Part shown: positions 41,397-52,190 of the stretch, one piece after another
Layout: each line of letters begins with the position of its first letter
How positions within the stretch are numbered: the first letter of the stretch is position 1
Assembly: GCA_965655095.1 (NCBI GenBank)
Contig: OZ296652.1
Span: 39,742,001 to 39,806,000 of the forward strand
Direction: 5' to 3'
Length of the DNA: 64,000 bases
Source of the DNA: Haplodiscus bocki
Lineage: Eukaryota
Notes under the pieces: model-generated
Databases searched by the model: none
The model's input: the letters and a program-made list of their open reading frames with translations, nothing else
What the model was told of the DNA's origin: nothing
Position numbers and translations under genes: made by a program

Positions 41397-44300
41397 AACT
41401 TCTCAACAGAGTTTCAAGTTGAATTGAAATATCACATTGCCAACAAACTTTCACCAGCAAATGCTAGAACTGTGGTAAAAATCGAGATGGAAAATGTTGA
41501 AAACTTCTGTAAGTTTGAAATGATTCACCTCTAGTTCAAACTTGTCAAGGAAAAAAATGCAATTTTGAATATACTGAAAATGGGTTGATGAACGCATTTG
41601 TCTGTTTAAGAGTTCGATGTTCTGTTTAAAGCAATGAGAAAGGACCTTGTTTTGTGATTCGCTAGATCCAATCTCGCCTTCTGGGAGATGTTTGATCGAC
41701 AGCCAAGAATAAAATTCAGTCAGCAATTTCTGTAAAACTAGTTTTTTGCATGCATAATCGTGAAAGCAATGCGTTTGAATAAACAATGCAACTTTTGGCC
41801 TTCCAGTGATGGCAACGCTTTTCTTTTGACCACCTGCATTTAAATGTCTCACTTTTAACAGTAAATTGCAACACTGTGGCATATTGATTGAGAAGAAAAG
41901 GGTTAACTAGGTCACTAGAAGAAAATACATCAACAAATCCAAGAATCAGAAAATTTTCAACAATCAATTTCACAATCTGTGCTGCTTTCGATAACTGTTC
42001 TCTTTGTAGAACCCCTCTGATTGGCAGTTGAATCTAAATTAGACGTGATGACCAAAATCTAACTCTCACCCAAGCTGTCTCCCTATCAGGGGAACTTGTT
42101 CCAATTGTGCATTTTTCTCCACCAAATTGTCGTCCGACCGCAGGATCCTTTTTGTCCTTGAAATTTCCGAGACTACCTGTGATCTTAGCTAAGAGAAAAT
42201 GTTTCATGCGAGTGGTCTTCTCAACCACTCTGTCATAATATGGCAGCATCAATTTTCTACTTGATTGCTTTCATCCAACAGACTGTCCCTTCATGAAAAT
42301 TCTAGTTGCTTCCGTTTCCCTCACGAAAAATAGAACAAAGATGTGGCTCACAAATTTGATAGAGAACAACCTCACAAAATTTGTGCTAGAACTTCACTTG
42401 TCTATGATTTTTGGGGAAGCAACATGGTCAATTTATCTTGCGGGTAGAAGGAAAGATTGAAAACCTCAATATGGTTCTGTGACCAATTTTTGTGTATCTG
42501 CTCATGTGAACCTGGCCTTTAATTAAAGTATCCCAAACATAGTGAATGTGAAATGAACATGACACTTTATCGATGGTATTGTTTTTCGTATAAAACCAGA
42601 GATATACGAAAAACAAGCTCTAAGAAATGATAGAGAACCACTTTAGGTAGTCTGTGATAAAGTTTCGGTCACCTGTCTTTTTTGGGGCGTCAACGTGGTT
42701 ACCCCAACTTCAAACTAACAGCGCTTTTTTATCGGTATGTGACCAGTATTTTGTTCTAATGTATTTCCACATTTGAGATAATATAAAGTGTAGCAGTTGC
42801 TACATACCTTTAGGCCATTCTCTTTCTTGTAAAGCTACAGTCAAGGTGTTCCGATCTTCAGATTAGTTTCTGTTTGTTTCGTTACACCATTGATTGTGAA
42901 ATGCCCTCTCGGTCGCTCCGAAAAATTTGCTTGTGACAGTTGTGGTAATCAAACCACAAGAAGCCATGTTGGCTCACAAAAGACATTCTGCTGGATCCCT
43001 TACTTGTCCTTCTGGTACCAACATCTCAACAAAGTTTCAAGTTGAATCGAAATATCACATTGCCAACAAACTTTCACCAGCAAATGCTAGAACTGAGGTA
43101 TAAATCGAGATGGAAAACGTTGAAATCTTCTGTCAGTTTGAATTAATTCATTTGTAGTTCAAACTTGTCACGGAAAAAATGCATTTTTGAATAAATTGGA
43201 AATGGATCGATAAACGCGTTTGTCTGTTTGAGAGTTTGATGTTCTGTTTAAAGCAATGGGAAAGGACCTTGTTTTGTGACTCGATATATCCAATCTCGTC
43301 TTCGGGTTTCGGCTGTCGAATTTGTAATAAATTGCCAGCTTCAGGATTTTTTTTTCGAAAAATCACGCAAATCGTGGAGTGGGGAACCAAAATCCTGTTC
43401 GGATATATATACTTCTTTTAGAGGAGATAACACTTCTTTGTCGTCAAGTCTCAAAAAGAGAAAAACTTTTTTGTGGAAAACGTAATGTTCCGGCCTTTGC
43501 TATCTCGTGCTATTCGATGCCGGCACTAGGAAATGTCGAAAACAATTTTGTAAAAACATTTGTATACGTCCAACTGTCCCAAAAGTTTTTTGAAACTATT
43601 CGTAAAAATAAACAATTTGCACTAACTGGGAAGTGTTTTTTCGAAAGCCAACAACAGTTTACAGTCAGTAAGTTCTGCAAAAAAATGTTTTTTTTTGCAT
43701 GCATAAACGTGAAAGCAATGCGTTTGAATAAACAATGCAACTTTCGGCCTTTCATTGATGGAAACTCTTTTGTTTTGACCAATCGCTTTTCAACGTCTCA
43801 CATTTAACAGTAAATCGTGAATCTGTGGCATAATGATTGAAAAGAAATTGGTTAACTAGGTCACTATAAGAACAAACATCAACAAATCTAAAAATCAGAA
43901 GTTTTGCAACAATTGACTACATAGTCTTTGCTAATTTCGATATCCTTTTCTTTTGTAGAAGTCCTTCTGATTGGCAGTTGAATCTAAATTAGACATGATA
44001 ACCACAATCTAAATCTCACACAAACTGTCTCCCTATCAGGGGAACTTGTTCCAATTGTGCGTTTTTCTCCAGCAACTTGTCGCCCGACCGCGGGATCCTT
44101 TTTGTACTTGAAATTTCCGAGACCACCTGTCTTCTTAGCTAAGGGAAAATGTTTCATGTGAGTGGTCTTCTCAACCACTCTGTCGCCATATGGCAGCATC
44201 AATTTTCTACTTGATTGCTTTCATCAAACAGACTGTCTTTTAATGCAAATTCTAGTTGCTTTCTTTTCCCTCAGAGAAACAAAGAATGAAATTGTGACTC

Positions 44301-46130
44301 ACAAATTTGATAGAGAACAACCTCACAAAGTTTGTGCTAGAACTTCACTTGTGTATCATTTTTTGGGAAGCAACATGGTCAATTTAAATTGCGAGTAGAA
44401 ATATTGATGGATAACTTCAATGTGGTTATCTGAGCAAACGTTGTTCATCTGCTCCTGCGAACCTGGCTTTTATTTAAAGTCTCCAAAACATAGTGAATGT
44501 GAAATGAACTTAACTTTTTGTAGATGGTAGTGTTTTTTGTAAAAAACCAGAGCAGTACGAAACACTAGCTCTGACAAATGATAGAAAACAACTTTAGGTA
44601 GTTTGTGATAAAGTTTCGGTCGCTTAACGTTCATGGGACGCCAACTTGGTCACTCCAACTCCAGACAAACAGCGATGTTTATGGGTATGTGACCAGTATT
44701 TTGTTCTGTGGTATTTCCACTTTTGGGATAATATAAAGTGTAGCAGTTTCTACATACCTTTAGGCCATTCTCTTTCTTGTAAAGCTACAGTCAAGGTGCT
44801 GCGATCTTCAGATTAGTTTCTGTTTGTTTCGTTACACCATTGATTCTGAAATGCCGTCTCTCGGTTGCGCCGAAAAAATTACTTGTGACAGTTGTGGTAA
44901 TCAAACCACAGGAAGCCATGTTGTCTCACAGAAGACATTCTGCTGGATCCCTTACTTGTCTTTTTTGTACCAACATCTCAACAGAGTTTCAAGTTGAATT
45001 GAAATATCACATTGCCAACAAACTTTCACCAGCAAATGCTAGAACTGAGGTAAAAATCGAGATGGAAAACGTTGAAATCTTCTGTCAGTTTGTATTGATT
45101 CATTTGTAGTTCAAACTTGTCAAGGAAAAAATATTTGTGTGTTTTTCTCCAACAATTTGTCACCCGACCGCAGGATCTCTTTTGTACCTGAATTTTCCGA
45201 GGCTACCTGTTATCTTAGCTAAGCGAAAATGTTTCGTGTGAGTGGTCTTCTCAACCACTCTGTGGCCATATGGCAGCATCATTTTTCTATTTGAATATTT
45301 TCATCAAACAGACTGTCTCTTTGTGCAAGTTCTACTTGCTTTATTTAACCTCAGAAAAACAAGGAACGAAAATGTTTGTCGAAATTTTGATAAAGAGCAA
45401 CCTCACAAAGTTTGTTGCTAGAATTCCAATTGTGTATGATTTTTGGGGAAGCAACGTGGTCAATTCAAATTGTGAGTGGAAATATTGACTGAAAACCTCA
45501 TTGTTGTTATGTGATCAGAGTTTGTATGTCGTATGTCTTCTCCTGTGAACCTGGTTTTTATTTGAAGCGTCCAAAACATAATGACTGTGAAATAAACATA
45601 ACTTTTTATCGCTTATAGTGTTTTTCGTATAAAACGAGAGGTATACCAAAAACTAGCTGCAACAAACGATAGGGAACAACTTTTGTTAGTTTGTGATCAA
45701 TTTATATTTTCGTATGCTTTTTGGCGCGCCAACGTGGTCACTCCAGCTTCAAACTAACAGCACGTTTTCATGGGTATACGATGCGTATTTCGTTCTAGGG
45801 TATTTCCACATTTGAAATATTATAAATTTCGACAGTTGCTACGTATCTTTCAGAGATTATCTCTGTTGTAAATCTACATTCAAGGTGCTTCGATCTCTAG
45901 GTTGATTTCAGAATGTTTCCCTATACTTTTGTTTCTGAAATGTCCTCTGTCAGTCGCACCAGAAAAGTCACTTGTGACAGTTGTGGTACCCAAACCACAA
46001 GAAGCGTTATTGGCTCACAAAAAGTTCTGCTGGATCGTTTACATGTCTGTCTGGTACCAACTGCTCAACGGAGTATCGACTTGAAATCAAATGTCACATT
46101 GCCAACAAAATTACTGCAGCAATTTCCAGA

Positions 46131-46520
46131 GCCGCGGTAAATATCGCAAGGGGTAATGTTGACATTTTCAATTTCAATAAGGTTCAATTGAATGACATCT
46201 GGTTCAAACTTTTCAACGGGAAAGAAGCATGCTTGATTTCTTTGTAATTAGACTGATAAACGCATTTCTCCCTTTGATGCTTCAATGATATGTTTATAGC
46301 AAAGAAAAAAGACCGTGTTTTGGTATTCGATAGATCCACTCTCGATTTGGGTTCCGGCAGTCGAATCTTTGATAATTTGCCAGCTTCAGGAATTGCTTTG
46401 AAAAGTTCACGCGAATCACGGAGTGGGGATTCAAGTTGTTGTTCGGAGATACCTAATTATTTTAAAAGAGATAACACTTCTCTGTCTTTAAATCTCAAAA
46501 AAGGAAAAATTTGTTTCTAG
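46131..46520 (+). pseudogene. 3' remnant of an uncharacterised element ORF ('ORF A'); present in each intact unit
   Basis: One frame reads ...AVNIARGNVDIFNFNKVQLNDIWFKLFNGKEACLISL*...MFIAKKKDRVLVFDRSTLDLGSGSRIFDNLPASGIALKSSRESRSGDSSCCSEIPNYFKRDNTSLSLNLKKGKICF* (track ORFs 45981 and 46290 share a frame). Homologous frames occur in other units. No recognisable family. Confidence 0.45.
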
Positions 46521-47890
46521 AAGATGTTTTGTTGCGGCCTTCGCTAACTTATGCTGTTCGATTCAAAAAATTGGAAATGGAATTGGAAATGTCAAAAACA
46601 GTATTGTATAATTAACTATCTACGTCCAGCTGTCCCAGAATTTTTAGTAACTGTTCTTTAAACTATAGATTTTACACCAGCTGGGACGTGTTTTTTCGAC
46701 GGTCAACAATAGTTTCTAGTCAGTAATTTCTGCAAAAATAGTTTTCTGGATGCATAATCGTGAAAGCGATGCGTTTGAATAAACAATGCAACTTCCGGCC
46801 CTTCAGTGATGGCAACGCTTTTCGTTTGTCCAATCGCTTTTTAACGTCTGACATTTAACAGTAAATTGTGAAACTGTGGCATAATGAATGAGAAAAAAAG
46901 GGTTAACTAGGTCACCAGAAAAACATACATCAGCAAGTCCACAAATCAGAAGTTTTTCAGCAATCAACTTCAAAATCTGTGCTATTTTCGATTCTTGTTC
47001 CTTTTGTAGAAGTCCTTCTGATTGGTAGTTGAATCTAAATTAAACCTTGTAACCAAAATCTAATTCTCGCGCAAACTTTCGTTCTATCGGGGGAATTTGG
47101 TGCAATTGTGCCTTTTTCTCCGACAAATTGTCGCCCTACCGCAGGATCCTTTTTGTACTTGAAATTTCCGAGACTACTTGTCTTCTTAGCTGAGGGGAAA
47201 TGCTTCATGTGAGTGGTCTTCTCAGCCACTCTTTCGCCATATGGCGGCAACGATTTTCCACTTGAATTTTTTCATCAAACTGAGTGTCTCTTTATGCAAG
47301 TTCTACTTGCTTTATTTTCCCTCAGCAAAACAAAGAACAAAAATGTCGCCCACAATTTTGAGAGAAAACAACCTCACAAAGATTGTGCTCGAATTTCACT
47401 TGTGTTTGAATTTTGAGAAAGCAACGTGATCAATTCAACTTGCGGGTGGAAATAATGATTGAAATCTTCAATGCGGTTTTGTGACCAAATTTTGTGTATC
47501 TGCTCATGTTAACCTGGCTTTCACTTAATGTCTCCAAAACACATTGAATGTGAAATGAACACAACTTTTCATCGATGCTAGTGTGTTTCGTATAATCCAA
47601 GAACTGTACGAAAGAAGAGCTCTACCAATCAATAGGGAAACACTTTAGGTAGTTTCTGATAAAATTTCGGTCGCGTATCGTTTTCGGGGCGCCAACTTGG
47701 TCACTTCAACTTCATAATAACAGTTTTTTATTGGGTATGTGACCAGTATTTCGTTCTATGGTATTTCCACATTTGAGATGATAGAAAGTTTAACAGTTTC
47801 TACGTATCTTTGGGCCATTATCTTTATCGTAATGCTATAGTTAAGGTGCCTCCAAGTTTAGATTCAATTCACATTCGTTGTTACACTATT
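46517..47890 (-). pseudogene. Decayed ~450-codon uncharacterised ORF ('ORF B'), head-to-head with PolB; present in each intact unit
   Basis: Minus-strand fragments join across frameshifts and stops into one Cys/Trp/His-rich reading: ...SQMWKYHRTKYWSHT...TIDKKLCSFHIHYV...MSRYTKFGH...QVQKGSCGRAT...RFWLQGLI/RFNYQSEGLLQKEQESKIAQILKLIAEKLLICGL...DLVNPFFLIHYATVSQFTVKCQTLKSDWTNEKRCHH...RLCIQKT...FWDSWT...RPQQNIF* (mostly from this copy; the TIDKKLCS block is from other units). The start codon is uncertain. Confidence 0.6.
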
Positions 47891-47898
47891 GATTCTGA

Positions 47899-50800
47899 AT
47901 GACTCTTTCTCAATCGCAACGACAAAATTACTTGCGACAGTTGTGGTACCCAAACCACAAGAAACCATTTTGGCTCACAAAAATGGTCTGCTGGATTCCC
48001 TAAACGTCTTTCATGTACCAACTTTTCAAAAGAGTCTCAATTAGAAATGAATTATCACCCTGCCAAAAAACGGTCTGCAGCAAAACCTAGAGATGTTTAT
48101 AACTACAATCGTTTTGATAAACAATTTCACAAATTTTTTATTGCGAGGACATAAACTGAAGGAGCTTGAGCACCGAAAGGATCAAGAAATCAAAAAGCAG
48201 ACATTACAAAAAAACTGGGAGCCATTGAAGTCAGTCGTCCGAAGAAAGAACCAGAAAAAGTGAAGAATCTCATCGTGCACATCGAGAAAAACAACGAGAA
48301 ACAGTGTGTCTTCAATTTTGCTATTAACTTTCTGGAGCCAATAATTTGGCTGGAAAAATATGACACTCCTTTGACATCGCTTCAAATGTACAGTTTAGCT
48401 GAATCTAGCCTTTGACGTTGTGCCCAAAGGTGTAGATAGAACATGGGAGATGTTGGTATGATTACGCACACGAGAATAAGAAACTGCTGGAACGATCTAA
48501 ACTTGCAGCTAAAAATAAGACTTTACAGAAATCAAACTCTTTTGAATTGAAAACAGTGTCTAGAAATTGTGTACAAGAGATTGACCAAATGCAAAATAGA
48601 AATTCTACACGCTAACGAACGTTGCAATCTTTGCTACACTGCTCAAAGAAACTCCGATGGAGTGTAGAGATGCTTTAATGAGAGATCCCCGAATAAAATT
48701 CAGTCTGTCAATTAATTAACATTCGAAGAGAAAATCCCAAAAACATAAAACAGTATTAGCGTTAGATTTGGTTGCAAATGAGAGATCGGAGGATAAAACT
48801 ACCTAAATAACTCAATTTTTTTATCAAAAGAAATCAGTGGAATTGGTCCCGCAATCTACCGATGTGTTTTGAGGGAAGTTTTTTGCAAAAACGGAGGACT
48901 GTGTTCAAGCAGACATGATCTGGTGCAGCACTGACTTCTATTCATGTCTATGTTTGGCGAGCTTGTGAGAAGAACACGGAAGAACCATAAGGCTGTACTA
49001 CTAGAACAAAAACATGGGCACAGTTGCTTTGTCTCTGATAGTAAAATAAACATCAACGCCTATCGTTGCTGTTCCTCTGGTCAATTCATCAAGAAGACTC
49101 CGGACTTTGAGCAAAATGTGACAACCTGCAAAAAAGAACTTAACATAATTTTCCGAAAACTGTGTATCAACTGCGAAAACCATCTTTCTGGGAAATTAGC
49201 TTCCCTGAGTATGTCTTACGCCAATGTCCAAAAACTCTTCAAAGACATGGAAATTTTTGATTTTGAATCAATTTGTGTGCAGGAAGACCAATTCCGCGAT
49301 TCCGATACTGCAACCTGGATCGGTATGCGCGTTCCAATATCTCGGCCAATTTTCTCCAACTTGAATGAACAACGAACCTTTTAATGCCATTTCAATCTAA
49401 AAAATTTGGTTGAGTGGTTTGTAAATGCTCTCGATGGAGTAGAACACCAAGCAAAGCTCAGATGAATTGGAAGTTTTCGCAGATTGAGACTAGTGTAATC
49501 AGCAAACTTGATCAAATTTTTTCTTTTTTTTTCAACGTAGCTGTCGCAATGAACCATCAATGGAAATTCGAGATGGCTGTATCGAAAAAGAAGAGCAAGA
49601 TGTATCGACACAGTCTTTACAACCACTCAAGAATCAAATAATTGAATTGCAGAATCACTTGAAAATGTATTGAAACGTTCTTTTTGTCAATGGCTTCAAC
49701 AGCGCAAAGTACGACACTTATTGAAGAAAGAGAAACATACTGGCTCCCATCGTTATTAAACGAAGTGTTGAGCCAATGGTGATCACGAAGGCTAATCAGT
49801 TTGAATCTTTCAAGTTCGGTGATGTTCAGTTGCTAGAAATGATGAACTTTTTCGGAGATACCACGAATCTTCTTTCTTGAAAGCGTACAAGACATGAGAT
49901 AGAAAAGTTTTTTATTCAGTTGAATGGTTCGATTATCCAAGAGAGCTGCAGAGTCTTCAAATCCTTCATTATGAAGCCTTCTTCAGCACACGCCACAACA
50001 TTAATCTTCAAGGAAAAGACTATTCAGAGTTTTAAAGTTTAATTGATGGGGGTATGACATCCAAGGAAGCCTGATCAAATCCAAAAGTAAGTGAACCATC
50101 TCTATCTGGAAAAAAACTATGAATAACTGAAAGGTGTGTGTGAACAAGAGGAAATATGTACGTTCAATATCATTTTGAGCTGGTATAACAGCAATGATGT
50201 TGCTCCAAGTTAGCAGCTAATCAAAAGTTGGCTGACTTTTACCACAAGAAAAGAACGTTGCGGGTTTGCCTTGCCAATTCTTGAAATTTTTTTTCTGCAT
50301 AAGTTAACTAATCCGAGGAAATATCCCTCCACAGAGAGCGAAAAAACTTTGTTGGAGAAAAAATTGAGGATTTGGTTGGTGGAGCAACCATTGTATTTAC
50401 ATGCAATGCTGTTTTAGACAAGACTGTTACTCGTGATTTAACAAACTGGTGCAAGGCATTTGTCGGAAATGGTGCAGGGCAGCATTATCCTTAACCTATG
50501 TGTCAACTGATTTTTGTGGGTCAGTACGCAAAATGGGGGCTAGATTCTGCATGTGGCAAGATTAAACCACGTCAAAAAATAGGACGCGGAGTTTTGAAAA
50601 CTTGATCATGTCATAACCTCAGAGAGTCTGACGAAGGCGAAAGTGGCCGTTTCTACACAACAGGCAGACAGAGACAAATTGGCACTTGTAGCCTTGAATG
50701 CATTTTTGGATACTGTAACAGTGTGTTTTAGGCTAAGGCATGCTATCATCATGTTTATCCCGGTGACGAAGTACGTCCTTCTCTCACTGACAGTAAAATT

Positions 50801-52190
50801 CAGCGAGCCCTAAAAAGACAGAACTACACGAACTACGAAAACGGTATAAACAAGAAAAGGGTTTTCACATCATGAAGGTTTACTAATGTGAACCGTGGAA
50901 AATATGCGAGACAGACAGTGCTGTTAAGCAGACTCTGACTGAATTTTCCCCCAACAAAACGCCACTCAGAAAAGGAAGACATTTCCAAAATAAGAAAAAG
51001 GAATTCTGTATGGTCAAGTTCAATGAATCAATCAAGTACCAGAGGAACTTCGTCTAAACTTTGCGAACTTTTCACCAATCATTAGTAACAAAAATGTTTG
51101 CAGTGATGAAATTCGCCAGCTTATAAAAACAATAGGTCTAAAGAGAAGTTTTAAATTCAATTTAGAAAAATATTAATATCAAATTACCCGTTAGGCAGAA
51201 GAACACTCATTACAACCTTGTTGTTCTTTCAGTTGGATTTGGGGCCACTTACGGAAAAACAATCGCTATCTGCAATACACATTGGTGAAATGTTTCAAGT
51301 TTTTTCAGTCCGCAGTGAATGATAGAAGGTAGAGCGACTGAAATCCAATCCCTGACGTTGAGGCAGGCACAGATATGAAGATACTAGCTAACAGTTTTCA
51401 TGGTTTCCAAAATTTGTTTCGGACCTGACATAGAATCACAAAAGATCTGGGACCCAAAAATACAATGAACAACCAATAAGAAAACAGTTTGAGCGTTTGG
51501 CTTTTCATAATTTATTATTTGTTTGAGGTAGAGATTGTCAGGTCTGAAATTGAACACGAAGAGTCGTTACTTGTCGGTTTTCTCATGCTGTAGTATGCAA
51601 AACTGAGAATGCTAGAGCTTTTTAAAATTTTTAGACATGTATTGCAATGTTTTAGTGTTTGAGGAGCTGGCGAGCGACGAAGACTCGCTCTATTTAACTT
51701 TAATCGAGCAAAAATATTATGACTGTATTTCCACATCATTGGAGAATGAATGGAAATATTTGGGAAGGGGAGACTGTACGCATGAGTTTTCGGCTATTCC
51801 AATAACCTTTTTACTTCCTCATACTTGTTGCACTAAGCATAAAGAATGCAAAAAAGCGAACCTGGCCCTTTTAAAGACAAAATCAGCTTCATGGAGAGAC
51901 TCTGCTTAGCTTTTTTGTGTTGCTATGACTTTCAGGTTCTGGACGGAAATCAACGTTAGCAGAAGAAGCGTGACCGAAAGAACGCTTGAAGACTGTGGTG
52001 ATGCTTCCCTGTCCTTGTATTGCAAAAAATGGAAGAGATTGTTATTGTATAGTCGGCAAGTGGAGACTTGAGCACAAAACAACATACTGTGGCCACAAAG
52101 TAGCAAGAAAATAAGAGATTGTCGTATATTTATCCCTGAAGGAATACTCAACAAGATTATATACACACTCACCTCCAAAAATTTAAAAAA
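47899..52190 (+). pseudogene. polB: Protein-primed family B DNA polymerase pseudogene (Polinton/Maverick/adintovirus-like)
   Basis: Motifs occur in the correct order: N-terminal CDSC zinc finger; ExoI IFDFESICV (49253-49279); ExoII GFNSAKYD (49692-49715); ExoIII WYNSNDV (50181-50201); DLVGG (~50369); motif A remnant VGNGAGQHYP*PMCQ (50462-50506, consensus DxxSLYP); motif B MKILANSFHGFQ (51375-51410, KxxxNSxYG); YAKLRMLE; motif C EELASDEDSLY (51661-51693, DTDS); C-terminal LSYIYP*RNTQQDYIHT. There are many stops and frameshifts. Confidence 0.9.

Larger units (their letters stand above)
1..48091. repeat. Tandem megasatellite, ~1.94-kb unit, 26 marker copies in the window (left end not visible)
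   Basis: The marker TGAAATGCCCTCTCTCGGT (or variants) recurs at 492, 2438, 4384, 6330, 8279, 10224, 12170, 14116, 16062, ~18000, 19941, 21881, 23822, 25764, 27705, 29650, 31589, 33511, 35452, 37393, 39338, 41276, 42901, 44851, 45940 and 47899. Spacing is ~1920-1960 bp except for two deleted units (1625 and 1089). The ORF track repeats with the same period. Homology to the unit ends at ...CAAAACCTAGA (~48091). Confidence 0.98.
41397..48091. repeat. Diverged terminal monomers of the array (two carry internal deletions)
   Basis: Private substitutions increase toward 48 kb. There is a ~320-bp deletion at ~41,683 and a ~860-bp deletion at ~45,132. Confidence 0.9.

Noticed and set aside
1-48091. 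The many 60-145 aa ORFs in the track as functional multicopy genes
   Set aside because: They mostly use non-ATG starts, vary in length between units, and are pieces or shadow frames of the decayed ORF A, ORF B and PolB 5' end.
1-48091. CRISPR array, or rDNA/5S/histone/snRNA tandem gene cluster
   Set aside because: There is no short repeat-spacer pattern, and no rRNA, tRNA, snRNA or histone signature that I can recognise in the unit.
1-48091. Array as an assembly artefact
   Set aside because: Units carry structured variants, HORs, deletions and a divergence gradient, which an artefact would not produce. The exact copy number still needs read support.
46517-52190. Alternative genetic code or stop read-through explaining the in-frame stops
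   Set aside because: All three stop types occur together with frameshifts and mutated catalytic residues, which indicates ordinary decay.
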